A stretch of 41,127 nucleotides of DNA from a virus (IMGVR_UViG_3300046049_000082:1-41127); one strand, 5' to 3'. Numbered from the stretch's first letter, positions 19,424 to 27,888 are shown. Notes: generated by a model from the sequence alone, not told the origin. Translations and numbers: made by a program.

Positions 19424-20173
19424 ATGCGGATTAGCCGTCTGTGGCGGTCGCTCTCCCCGGCGCACGATCCCGACGACGCCGGCGACAAGGAGGCCGACCA
19501 GGATGACGACAGCAGCGACGAGATCGACGTCCAGTGGCCGCCCGAGCCCGACCCCATCCCGTGGCCCTCACGGCCTGACGACCCGACGAACACCATCGAG
19601 GTGCGGCTGTTCCACGCCGACGCCGACCTGGGCCTGCAGGCCTGCCGGCAGACGGCGCCGCACCTCGCGTGGGCGCTGCTCGACGCCTGGGGCGAGCGCT
19701 TCGGGCTGGACGTCGACGTGAGCGTCCGGGGCGAGCCGGTGCCCGATGAGCACGCCGACCCCGAGGCGTTTGACTCGTGGATCTGGACCGACGACTGCGA
19801 GCTGGCCAAGGACGCGAACATCCTCATCATCGATTCGGGGTCGGTCGCCGCCGGGGGCTACTCGGGGTTCATCAACGGGCCCTCATATTTTGAGGGCTGG
19901 GGCTTCGACCCCGACGATGTCGACACTGAGGGCCGGCCGCAAGTCATCCCCTACGGCGGCGACGAAGCGAGAGAGGGCGTCAACCGCGTCATCCACGAGA
20001 CGCTGCACTGCCTCGGGCTCTCGCACGCCAACGGCCGCCTCTGGGAGCTGTCCAAGGTCGAGTGGTTCGGCGATGAGTATTTGCCGCCGCTGTTAACCGG
20101 CTACGAGAACCACGGCTGCTACACCATTCGACTGTGCGAGGAGAACCGCCGCGCCCGGCCGTCGGTCCAGTGA
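19424..20173 (+). CDS. Zinc metalloprotease (metzincin-type motif)
   Basis: VIHETLHCLGLSH matches HExxHxxGxxH. Confidence 0.75.
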   Translation: MRISRLWRSLSPAHDPDDAGDKEADQDDDSSDEIDVQWPPEPDPIPWPSRPDDPTNTIEVRLFHADADLGLQACRQTAPHLAWALLDAWGERFGLDVDVSVRGEPVPDEHADPEAFDSWIWTDDCELAKDANILIIDSGSVAAGGYSGFINGPSYFEGWGFDPDDVDTEGRPQVIPYGGDEAREGVNRVIHETLHCLGLSHANGRLWELSKVEWFGDEYLPPLLTGYENHGCYTIRLCEENRRARPSVQ

Positions 20174-20454
20174 GCGACAAGCGCCTCGAGGCTGGTGACG
20201 AGCCGCTGCTGGAGACCGTCAACAGTGTCTCGTTCAACGAGGCCCACGGCTTCCTGGAGGGCGTCGCGACCGGCTACCTCGCCGGCCGGACGGGGCATGA
20301 CGGGCTGGCCGTCGCGACGACGATCGTCGCGCTCGGGTGGCCCGCTCGAGGCCCCATCGGTCTGCGGACCCTCCGTCGGGAGCCGTGGTGGGCGCTTGTC
20401 GGGCTGGTCGTCGGCGTCGCGGTCGGCGAGCGGGCTGCTTGTTCGGCATCGTAG
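20170..20454 (+). CDS. Small membrane protein (holin-like candidate)
   Basis: GTG overlaps the protease stop; 2-3 hydrophobic Gly-rich segments. Confidence 0.6.
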   Translation: MSDKRLEAGDEPLLETVNSVSFNEAHGFLEGVATGYLAGRTGHDGLAVATTIVALGWPARGPIGLRTLRREPWWALVGLVVGVAVGERAACSAS

Positions 20455-20516
20455 CCGGCGCTCCTCGCTGTTTTGGAGTGTCGGGAGTACACTGCAAGCG
20501 AGGTGAGGAGCGACAG

Positions 20517-21329
20517 CTATCGGCGTTGGAGTACTTCGTGGAGACGCCCGGCGTTCTCGGGGCTGGGCGTGGCGTCGCGTCTCTCCCAGTGAGCAACGGC
20601 GCTCGGAGAAACGCCGACCGCGTCCGCAAGGTCGGCTTGCGAGAGGCCGCGCTCTTCGCGGGCCGCTGCGAGGTCGCTCCCGAGCGGGACGGTTTCGGGG
20701 TCCCTCGGCTCGGCGGCGGGATCATGGTCGCCATCTTCATCCTCATCTGCCTCGTGGTCGCCGCGGATGGCAAGGCGCTTCGCGCGGGCCCACGACCCAA
20801 ACCGCCGCTGATAGGTGTTCGCGTTGGGGACTCCCTCGGCGTCGTCCATTTCAGCCGCCGTCGGCGGCTTCAACTGTTTCGCTGTAAGCTCCCGGATGTA
20901 CTCAAGCAGTTGCTCGCGCGAGTACTTCGGGGTCTCGTCATGTGGCTTTGTGACGCTGAGCTCAGCAGCTTGCAACGCATCATTGAATGACCCAAAGCGA
21001 CGCGAAAACGTTGAACCGCTAATGTTGAGCCGCTCTTGTATTTCACCCCATCGTGGCGGCCGACCTAATTCGTCTGCGAAGTCCCGAAGCTCATCCAGCA
21101 GTTCCTCTTCGGTGTAGACCCGTCCGTCGTCCCTCCGCCTGGCCCGCTCTTCGACGGCCTCGGCTGAGAAGCCCGCCTTCTGAAGTGCCTGCTCCCACGA
21201 GTCGAACCGACGACGGTATGTCACCTTGTGCGGGGCGTCCGGTTCGTCCTGAAGATCGGCTTGCATCGGCGGGCGACCCTCCTCGCCGAGGTCCCGCAGC
21301 CACTCCAAGAGTTCCTCCTCACTATACAT
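20517..21329 (-). CDS. Protein with three homing-endonuclease-associated (HNH_repeat-type) repeats and a C-terminal XRE HTH
   Basis: Three units of Y(S/T).E(E/Q)LL..(L/I)R.....(R/K)PP........RRF(G/D)S(W/F)..A; C-terminal LAAAREERGLSQADLADAVGVSPSAVAHWER. Confidence 0.85.
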   Translation of the reverse strand: MYSEEELLEWLRDLGEEGRPPMQADLQDEPDAPHKVTYRRRFDSWEQALQKAGFSAEAVEERARRRDDGRVYTEEELLDELRDFADELGRPPRWGEIQERLNISGSTFSRRFGSFNDALQAAELSVTKPHDETPKYSREQLLEYIRELTAKQLKPPTAAEMDDAEGVPNANTYQRRFGSWARAKRLAIRGDHEADEDEDGDHDPAAEPRDPETVPLGSDLAAAREERGLSQADLADAVGVSPSAVAHWERRDATPSPENAGRLHEVLQRR

Positions 21330-21341
21330 TGGCCCGGTCGT

Positions 21342-21854
21342 TTATCCACGAAGCTGTTCGGTCCGCGTGAGCGTTGCCTCTGCGGCCTTGAGTTTCGCTT
21401 CGATACTGCCCTTCTTGCCACGGAAGTTCCCGACCGAGATGTCCATCAGCGTCGCGGCATTCTGCTCGTCCCACTCAACATCCAGTACGAGCGCGACGAA
21501 CTCTCGTGGGCTGAAAACCGTCTCTTCCTGTATCTGTCGAATCTCGGCTCGGATGTTCTCAACCACGAGCCAGCCGAAGTCATGGGCGAGATCGTAGACC
21601 TCGGGCTCCTCGGTCGGGTCGACACCGGTAAGCGGCACCAGCTCGTCGCGGTCGAGATTGCCACGCTGGAACTCGTAGGTGATCCCGTCCCACGAGAACG
21701 AACTCTCGGGGTTATCGTTGGCGGCTTCAAGCGCGTCGAGGGCTTCGAACTCGTCGAGAGCAGCATCGTAGGCCTCAGCTTCGACATCCCCGCGAACGCG
21801 GTCGTTCAGGTGCTTGTACACGAGCTCGGCGTCGGCGCGTGACATCTCGGCCAT
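21342..21854 (-). CDS. Hypothetical protein with C-terminal HTH (sigma-4-like)
   Basis: FSPREFVALVL...EQNAATLMDISVGNFRGKKGSI. Confidence 0.6.
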   Translation of the reverse strand: MAEMSRADAELVYKHLNDRVRGDVEAEAYDAALDEFEALDALEAANDNPESSFSWDGITYEFQRGNLDRDELVPLTGVDPTEEPEVYDLAHDFGWLVVENIRAEIRQIQEETVFSPREFVALVLDVEWDEQNAATLMDISVGNFRGKKGSIEAKLKAAEATLTRTEQLRG

Positions 21855-22136
21855 TCATACCATCTCCACGTCGTGAGCAGCGATACCACCGTTCTTTTCG
21901 TAGGCCGGGTAGTCGCCGGGCTCTTCGCTGTCCGGCCGGAGCGTGTGCTCCATCACCTCGGCCTTGAACACGACCGGCTCCTCAATCGTCGGCATAAGCT
22001 CACCGTACTCTCGGGCATCGTTAACGTTGTCCATGAGGAACACCTTCCCACCGGCACGCGGCGGCTGAAGGCCGCTCTCTTGGATACTGTCAACGTTCGA
22101 TTCGTCGGTGACGTGGAACATCGTTTGGGTCGTCAT
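21855..22136 (-). CDS. Small ADP-ribosyltransferase-fold (Tpt1/KptA/DarT-like) protein
   Basis: FHVT...NVDSI.ESGL......VFL......A..Y motif order matches the NAD-binding core of this superfamily. Confidence 0.55.
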   Translation of the reverse strand: MTTQTMFHVTDESNVDSIQESGLQPPRAGGKVFLMDNVNDAREYGELMPTIEEPVVFKAEVMEHTLRPDSEEPGDYPAYEKNGGIAAHDVEMV

Positions 22137-22149
22137 TGTCTTCCACCTA

Positions 22150-22212
22150 CTATCCTCTATGCGGGGATAGATAATAAACCTTTCCCTACAAAGACGTAGG
22201 GTAAAAGAGGGC
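22150..22212 (-). promoter_or_regulatory. Promoter/operator of the leftward ART-like operon
   Basis: AT-rich core GATAATAAACC (TTTATTAT on the minus strand) flanked by inverted repeats CTATCCTC/GGGGATAG and CCCTAC/GTAGGG. Confidence 0.5.
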
Positions 22213-22259
22213 TGTCTATCGCTCGGCGGCGTCCGTCCACCGGACGACCCGTTCGTCAG

Positions 22260-22391
22260 TCATTGGCTGGAACCTCCAGAGGCTGCCCGCGACCGGCGTC
22301 GGATGTACTCGTCCCACGAGACAGCGCCGAACGCATCGACGACGAGCGCACGGTAAACGTCCTGCTCGCTCGCATGCGAGTATCGGCTCAT
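22260..22391 (-). CDS. Small hypothetical protein
   Basis: MSRYSHASEQDVYRAL...; start and stop overlap neighbouring ORFs. Confidence 0.45.
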   Translation of the reverse strand: MSRYSHASEQDVYRALVVDAFGAVSWDEYIRRRSRAASGGSSQ

Positions 22392-22585
22392 GCGCGGGCC
22401 TCCCACTCGACGGCGCTGGCCGACCGCGAGAGGGGGACGACTGCCGGCAAGCCGCGGACCCGCTCGTGGATGTAGCAGGCGGCCGCCGGGAACGCCGGCG
22501 AGCAGCCGCGGTCGCAGCGCAGGTGGTAGTCGGTCGGTGCATCTTTGGCCGTGGGCGTCGAACGCCCGTGTGCTTCGGTCGACAT
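22388..22585 (-). CDS. Small hypothetical protein (Cys/His)
   Basis: 65 aa; first ORF of the leftward unit; ends overlapping the next ATG. Confidence 0.45.
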   Translation of the reverse strand: MSTEAHGRSTPTAKDAPTDYHLRCDRGCSPAFPAAACYIHERVRGLPAVVPLSRSASAVEWEARA

Positions 22586-22659
22586 GGTTCAATCCGAAGC
22601 GCGGTCGGGCGTGTTCCAGCACGCCCCGGCCAACTTCTGACCGGCGTCCCGCGCTTCGT

Positions 22660-22785
22660 AATACCATCTACGCAGAGCTTCCATATAAAACTATGCTTTA
22701 CATAGTGCATAAACTTCTGTATCACACTATTTATATCATACCAGCACAAATTACGGAGCGTGGTGAGCTATGCAAAGCATACCAA
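22660..22785. promoter_or_regulatory. Divergent AT-rich promoter/operator region
   Basis: TATA-like CATATAAAA and TTTATATC; TATGC/GCATA palindromic half-sites at 22692-22711 and 22769-22781. Confidence 0.6.
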
Positions 22786-23030
22786 TGCCTAATGAGGACT
22801 TCGACCCCACAGAGGATTGCGAGCGCGTCCTTGACGTCTTCAAAGACGGACGCGACAATGGCGATCCGTGGGGAAGAGCCACCCCTCGGTACATCATTGA
22901 CGAGACGGGCATGGAGAAGCCAAACGTCGAATACCACCTGCGCCGGCTGAACGACGCTGGGTGGGTGCAAAAGATTGCGCGCGGACTCTATGAGTTCGTC
23001 GCCGACCCGCGGGAAGACCAAAACAGATGA
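22770..23030 (+). CDS. Winged-helix regulator (phiH1 repressor-like)
   Basis: GRATPRYI..ETG......YHLRRL..AGWVQKIARGLYE. Confidence 0.75.
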   Translation: MQSIPMPNEDFDPTEDCERVLDVFKDGRDNGDPWGRATPRYIIDETGMEKPNVEYHLRRLNDAGWVQKIARGLYEFVADPREDQNR

Positions 23031-24823
23031 AAGCGCAGACCGAACTCGACCCCGAAAACGAGAGCATGAGCACCGTCACGCTCGGCGACATCCAGTTCGA
23101 TCCCGTCGACACGCAGGACTTCCGCCTCTCCGTCGAGGGGACGTCAGGTACCGGGAAGTCGAATACGCTCGCCGTCATCCTGGAGGACCTCGCTGACGTC
23201 TCGATCCCGACGCTGATCATCGAGCGCCTCGGCGCCCTCTCCACGGCCCGCCTCGAGGACGAGGACATCGTCGTCGTAGGCGCCCGCGAGGAGGAGGGCG
23301 TCGACCTGGCGGTCGCCCTCAAGGACCTCGACCAGCTGGGCTCGTGGGTCCTCGATCGCGGGATGAAGACTCTCCTCGACGTCAGCACATACGCTGAGTA
23401 CGAGGAGAAGAGTTCCAGAGTCCACGAGGCCGCCGCCCGCGCAGCGAGGTCCCTGAACGACCGGGCCCACGAGAAGTACCGCGCGGGGGACCGGACGAAG
23501 TCGCTGCTTGTCGTCGACGAGGCGCACTACCTCGCGCCGAAGAACTCCGCGCCCGAGCCCGAACTCGACGAGCACGTCAAACGATGCCGCGGCCAGCTCA
23601 TCAAGGCAGCGACCGAGGGGGGCAACAAGGGGATCTCCATCGTCGTCGGCTACCAGCGGCGGGCGTTCCTTCACAACGGGATGATCCAGCTCTGTGACGA
23701 CTACATCGCCCACAAGCCGGGTGACGAGGACGTCGACCGGACGGCGGACGCGCTCCGCTGCTCGGAGGACGAGCTCGCGAACCTACAGACGGGCGAGATC
23801 CTCGCGCGCGGCGAGTCAATCACCGACGGCGACCTCGTGGGCCCGACGAAGGTCCGGAAGCGCCAGTCACCGGACCCCCGCGAGGAGTCTTTCGAGCTCC
23901 CAGAGACACCCGAGCAGCTGAGCGACGTCCTCGAGGATATCCAGGAGGAGGTCGAGGCCGAGCGCGAGCGCCGCAGCGAGCGCGAGGACGAAGTTGAACG
24001 CCTTCGTGAGGAGAACGAGCGGCTGCGCGAGGAGAAGGCGGATCTGGAGGAGGAGCTCGCCAACGTCGACAAGCTCTCGGACGCGATGGAGCGGCTGGTC
24101 GGCTCCGGGAACGGCGGCGTCGACGCCGGCGCCGGCGCTGCGGCCGAGGTCGGCGAGGGCGTCCAGGAGCTCCAGAGTCGCGTCGGCGAGCTGAAGCAGA
24201 AGCGCGACCGCCTCCAGGAGGAACTCGACGACGTCCAGGCCGAGCGTGACGAGCTCGCCGAGGAGAACGAGGTGCTCCAAGAGCGCGTTGCCGATCTTGA
24301 GGCGGACGTCCAGGAGCTACGGTCCGCGTTCGAGGGCGCGCGCGAGGACATCGCCGCGCTCGTCGAGACGTTCGACGTCGACGTCAACCTGGCCTCGGCA
24401 GCCGAGGGGGGCACCACGACCAATAACACCGGCGCCGAGCCGGCCGCAGCGCCGGCGCCGGCGGAGGGGTCGATCATGGCGGAGTTCCAGGAGGAGGCCA
24501 TCGACCGGATCATAACGATAGTCGGGGGCCTGAGCGAGCGCCAGTGCCGCCTCCTGAAGTACATCGAGGCGCACGGTCAGACACTCAGTAGCCAGAAGGC
24601 GTGGGCGCAGCGGACCCTCGGGCTGTCAAGCGACCCGAGCGGCACCCACTACGAGGACATGAGCGAGCTCATCGACCAGGAGTTCGTTCGGAAGAACAAA
24701 GACGGCTCCATTGCGCCGAACGTCCGGGGCCGCGTCAAGGACGAGCTTGGGGACTACGACGTCGACGACGCAACCATCGAGGAGACGTACCAGCAGGTAC
24801 TGGCGGAGCTGGCGGCGAACTGA
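23027..24823 (+). CDS. HerA/FtsK-like (DUF87-type) ATPase with coiled coil and C-terminal helical/wHTH-like domain
   Basis: Walker A GTSGTGKS, Walker B LLVVDEAH, GISIVVGYQR; heptad-rich central region. Confidence 0.82.
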   Translation: MKAQTELDPENESMSTVTLGDIQFDPVDTQDFRLSVEGTSGTGKSNTLAVILEDLADVSIPTLIIERLGALSTARLEDEDIVVVGAREEEGVDLAVALKDLDQLGSWVLDRGMKTLLDVSTYAEYEEKSSRVHEAAARAARSLNDRAHEKYRAGDRTKSLLVVDEAHYLAPKNSAPEPELDEHVKRCRGQLIKAATEGGNKGISIVVGYQRRAFLHNGMIQLCDDYIAHKPGDEDVDRTADALRCSEDELANLQTGEILARGESITDGDLVGPTKVRKRQSPDPREESFELPETPEQLSDVLEDIQEEVEAERERRSEREDEVERLREENERLREEKADLEEELANVDKLSDAMERLVGSGNGGVDAGAGAAAEVGEGVQELQSRVGELKQKRDRLQEELDDVQAERDELAEENEVLQERVADLEADVQELRSAFEGAREDIAALVETFDVDVNLASAAEGGTTTNNTGAEPAAAPAPAEGSIMAEFQEEAIDRIITIVGGLSERQCRLLKYIEAHGQTLSSQKAWAQRTLGLSSDPSGTHYEDMSELIDQEFVRKNKDGSIAPNVRGRVKDELGDYDVDDATIEETYQQVLAELAAN

Positions 24824-25093
24824 TGCTGCGGCACGCTGCCGAGCTGCGACAACTGAGCCAGGCCAAAGAGGCGATGCTCAATGGGGGAGAGGTACCGCTG
24901 CTAGTACGAAGAGTGCAGCTGGGAGGAAGCGGCGCCGTCGCAGGGGGCTGCGGGGAGGCTAATCACTTTCGGCCACGGTGTCCCGACTGGCCACGCGGAG
25001 ACCTATATGGAGCCCGCCGGAGGCGAAGTCAACGCCTGATCCGACTGCCGGCGATACATCCACAAGCGGTATCGACCGAACGGTTACTCCTGG

Positions 25094-25144
25094 TGTACTA
25101 CACTGTACCCCAATCTATAAGTACATGGGGTACAATGTACTACA
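25094..25144 (+). promoter_or_regulatory. Promoter with flanking operator repeats
   Basis: TGTACTACA at 25094 and 25136; inverted TGTACCCCA (25104) / TGGGGTACA (25126) enclosing TCTATAAG. Confidence 0.7.
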
Positions 25145-25158
25145 TGAGGCGAAGAAAG

Positions 25159-25560
25159 ATGAGCGAACTCACCTACGAAGTTGAGAAGCACCTCAAGCTT
25201 AAGAAGACAACTGGCCCCGACATCTACGAAACCAAGCCGATCCGTCAAGGCGACTACGGGGACTTAACCGACCGCGAGCGCCAGCTCAGCGTCGACGTGA
25301 GACTCTACGGCGAGCTGCCCGACGACGCCAAAGAAGGCGACATTTACACCGCGTGGGAGTTGCTCCCCGACGGCCATCAGACGGCCGAGCAGCGGGACCA
25401 AGACGCGCTCGATGAGGCTCAAGAGACGGGCGAGGAGGTCATTATCACCAGCGCGACCATTGGCTGCAACGACGACGACCGAGAGTGCAACCTCGACCGC
25501 GTTGCCCGCGTCGCCACTCCCGAAGGCGACATCGAGAAACGGCGGACGCACACCTACTAA
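25159..25560 (+). CDS. Hypothetical protein (possible leaderless start at 25144)
   Basis: Acidic 133 aa ORF after the TATA box; the upstream in-frame extension looks non-coding. Confidence 0.7.
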   Translation: MSELTYEVEKHLKLKKTTGPDIYETKPIRQGDYGDLTDRERQLSVDVRLYGELPDDAKEGDIYTAWELLPDGHQTAEQRDQDALDEAQETGEEVIITSATIGCNDDDRECNLDRVARVATPEGDIEKRRTHTY

Positions 25561-25563
25561 CCA

Positions 25564-25875
25564 GTGAGTCGAAAAACCCTCAAACTCCCCGAAGAAGAGT
25601 ACGACCGTCACAACGAGCAACGCAAAGAGATGGGACTATCGTGGCCCGAGTACATCGATGGCCAAGCCCCCGACCTGGAGGAGACGCTACGCGAGGTAAT
25701 ACGCGACGAGATGAGTCGCGCCGAATGCGGTGTTATCGACTGCGATGAGGACGCCGAGTTCCAAAGCGTCATCCGCAACACGGGCGACGACCGCCTACTC
25801 TCTCAGCGATTTTGCTACAATCACAAACAGGAGTGGTCGGGCTACATCGTCGAGTCCGAGCGTATCAGTGGATAG
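25564..25875 (+). CDS. Ribbon-helix-helix regulator with C-terminal Cys/His domain
   Basis: RKTLKLPEEEYDRHNEQRKEMGLSWPEYI; CGVIDC...FCYNH. Confidence 0.6.
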   Translation: MSRKTLKLPEEEYDRHNEQRKEMGLSWPEYIDGQAPDLEETLREVIRDEMSRAECGVIDCDEDAEFQSVIRNTGDDRLLSQRFCYNHKQEWSGYIVESERISG

Positions 25876-26033
25876 CCTTCTTTTTGAAACTCTGGGTCTG
25901 TAACGACCGACCTGCGGAGCCGGATAATGGCTGATTTGGAGGGCACCGACCACTGCGGCCACAAGGATTCGGAGCGGCCGTCTCGCGTTCACTGGAAGCC
26001 ATTTTAATAGCCCGTCCGTCTACATGTGGAGCT

Positions 26034-27104
26034 ATGCTGTGGGACGAGTCGGTATTCCGGGACGGGTGGTTGCCGCAGCGCCTCGAGGGCCGCGACGACG
26101 AACAGGAGCAGCTGGCCACTGCTCTGCGGCCAGCGGTCCAGGGCGAGCCGCCCGCCGACGTCGTCATCTCGGGGCCCAGCGGCGTCGGGAAAACCGCGCT
26201 CGCGAAGTGCCAGGTCGACGACCTCCGCCTTGAGGCCGACGTCTGCTCGACGCACGTCCAGTGTCTCGGCCAGTCGCCGGGCTCGATCTGCCGCGATCTT
26301 GTCCGGGAACACCCTCGTGGCGGCGACCCCAGCCACACCACCTCCGTCGACGATGTCCGCGACGAGCTCGCGACGATCACAGAGCGCCCCTACGTAGTCG
26401 TCCTCGACGAGGCGGACGACGTCTGCCGGACCGAGCTGCTTGGGTGGCTCGAGGAGATCGACGCCGTCGCGACGATCGCCATCTGTCACGATGTCGACGA
26501 GTGGCTCGGCCACCTCGACGCCGCGACCGCCAGCGGCCGACGGCACATCCCCCTGAAGACCTACTCCGTCGACACCCTCGCATCCATCCTCGAGCAGCGG
26601 GCCGATTTAGGGCTCCGACAGGGCGCCGTCGACCGTCGCCTCCTGGAGCAGATCGCCCAGCGCTGCGCCGGGGTCGCCCGCGCCGGCATTCAGACGCTGT
26701 ACGAGGCCGCCAAGCGAGCCGATGCTGACCGTGCCGACGAAATCCGGGGCGAAGACGTTGCCCCCGCCGCTCAGTCAGCCCGGCGCCGGATTCGCGCTGC
26801 GAACCTGTCGTCCCTCCCCGTCGGTCACCTGCTTGTCTACCACCTGATTCAGCAAGCTGGCGGCGGACAGATCTCGGCGAGCGTCCTGGCCGAACGGTAC
26901 GACGATGTCGCTGCCGCCGCGCTCCAGGACCACCCCGTAACGCCGGCAGCCCCGGCGACGCGCCGCCGGTACCTCTCGAAGCTCGAGGACTATGGGCTGA
27001 TTTCGTCGGAGGGCGAGAACCGACACAAGTCCTACCTGGCGCTCGATCCCGACCTCGAGGTGCCCGACGCTGTGGCATTCGGCGTCGGGGTGCCCGAGGC
27101 TTAA
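26034..27104 (+). CDS. cdc6: Orc1/Cdc6-family AAA+ ATPase
   Basis: VFRDGWLP..L.GRD.E, Walker A GPSGVGKT, Walker B VVVLDEAD, Y....L..IL.QR; C-terminal wHTH RRYLSKLEDYGLI. Confidence 0.93.
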   Translation: MLWDESVFRDGWLPQRLEGRDDEQEQLATALRPAVQGEPPADVVISGPSGVGKTALAKCQVDDLRLEADVCSTHVQCLGQSPGSICRDLVREHPRGGDPSHTTSVDDVRDELATITERPYVVVLDEADDVCRTELLGWLEEIDAVATIAICHDVDEWLGHLDAATASGRRHIPLKTYSVDTLASILEQRADLGLRQGAVDRRLLEQIAQRCAGVARAGIQTLYEAAKRADADRADEIRGEDVAPAAQSARRRIRAANLSSLPVGHLLVYHLIQQAGGGQISASVLAERYDDVAAAALQDHPVTPAAPATRRRYLSKLEDYGLISSEGENRHKSYLALDPDLEVPDAVAFGVGVPEA

Positions 27105-27143
27105 CCAACACCGATGGACGCACCGCCTCCGTTGTTGGTTAAG
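27100..27143. terminator. Inverted repeat at the cdc6 stop
   Basis: CTTAACCAACA...TGTTGGTTAAG, 11-bp perfect arms. Confidence 0.5.
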
Positions 27144-27183
27144 ACCGTCCGGGCGCTGCCGCGCTGGGGGCGAGACCCGGTGT

Positions 27184-27240
27184 AAATCCTACATCGCGCT
27201 GGACTCAGACCTCGAGGTCCCCGATGTCGTCGATTTTAGC
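27184..27240 (+). pseudogene. Remnant 3' end of a second cdc6 allele
   Basis: Translates KSYIALDSDLEVPDVVDF versus KSYLALDPDLEVPDAVAF at the cdc6 C-terminus (from 27027). Confidence 0.75.
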
Positions 27241-27269
27241 CGCCTTGACCTACCCAAGAAAGCGTCACG

Positions 27270-27491
27270 TCACTCCGTTGCTTCGATGACTAGCGACCCT
27301 TCTTCATAGTCCGCTTTAAGCGTCAGGTCGTCCCCGTCTTCCCAGTCGAGGACATCAAGCATTTCTGGCGGAATGGTCAAGACCGTGCTGCCCCCCGAAA
27401 TCCGGAGGGTCCGTGCCCCCGTCACGGTTTTTTCTTCTGGATTAAATTGGACCCGATGTCCCATATCCGGGAGTACTTCGGGTGTGCTCAT
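27270..27491 (-). CDS. AbrB/MazE/SpoVT-family DNA-binding protein
   Basis: RTLRISGGSTVLTIPPEMLDVLDWEDGDDL; start at 27491 or 27464. Confidence 0.85.
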   Translation of the reverse strand: MSTPEVLPDMGHRVQFNPEEKTVTGARTLRISGGSTVLTIPPEMLDVLDWEDGDDLTLKADYEEGSLVIEATE

Positions 27492-27577
27492 AGGTGCTAT
27501 GAATGTCAGATATAGACTGGGTAGATAAATACTTAGTGGGATAAGATTCAAGTGCTATCCCGTATACAAACCTGAAC
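27492..27577. promoter_or_regulatory. Divergent promoter/operator between two AbrB-like genes
   Basis: AT-rich; imperfect 15-nt tandem AGATATAGACTGGGT/AGATAAATACTTAGT; GTGCTAT occurs twice. Confidence 0.6.
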
Positions 27578-27766
27578 ATGGAATCTGACTTTGAATCTGA
27601 TTTAGGTCCGATTGGTTCCCGGAAGCTCCGGACATCGGGCGGGAGTTTGGTGGTTACCATCCCGCCAGCAGCACGGTTTCAGGCAGGGGTACAGGAAACC
27701 GACGACTTGCAGATTTCGGTGCCTGAGCAAGGCACGATAGTACTTCGACAAATTTCTGATGAGTGA
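27578..27766 (+). CDS. AbrB/MazE/SpoVT-family DNA-binding protein
   Basis: RKLRTSGGSLVVTIPP. Confidence 0.85.
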   Translation: MESDFESDLGPIGSRKLRTSGGSLVVTIPPAARFQAGVQETDDLQISVPEQGTIVLRQISDE

Positions 27767-27833
27767 CCAGTCTCGCGTTCATTGGACACCTATTCAAATA
27801 CCTTCGAGTCCTCGGGTAGACTCGATGCCCACC

Positions 27834-27888
27834 GAGACATCGCCGCCAGCAGGTGCCTCGTCCGCGTTCGAGTCGCGGAGGCGGTCTT
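27834..27888 (+). ncRNA. tRNA-like unit 0 (minimal T-arm element)
   Basis: TCCGCG-TTCGAGT-CGCGGA at 27861-27879; imperfect closing stem GAGAC..CGCC / GGCGGTCTT. Confidence 0.4.

Noticed and set aside
24601-25158. N-terminal extension of the 319-aa ORF
   Set aside because: Overlaps the ATPase gene and runs through an evident promoter/operator; the composition looks non-coding
25876-26033. ORB-type replication origin upstream of cdc6
   Set aside because: Only weak partial matches (GAAACTCTGGG, TTCACTGGAAGC), with no repeated ORB and G-string; not supportable
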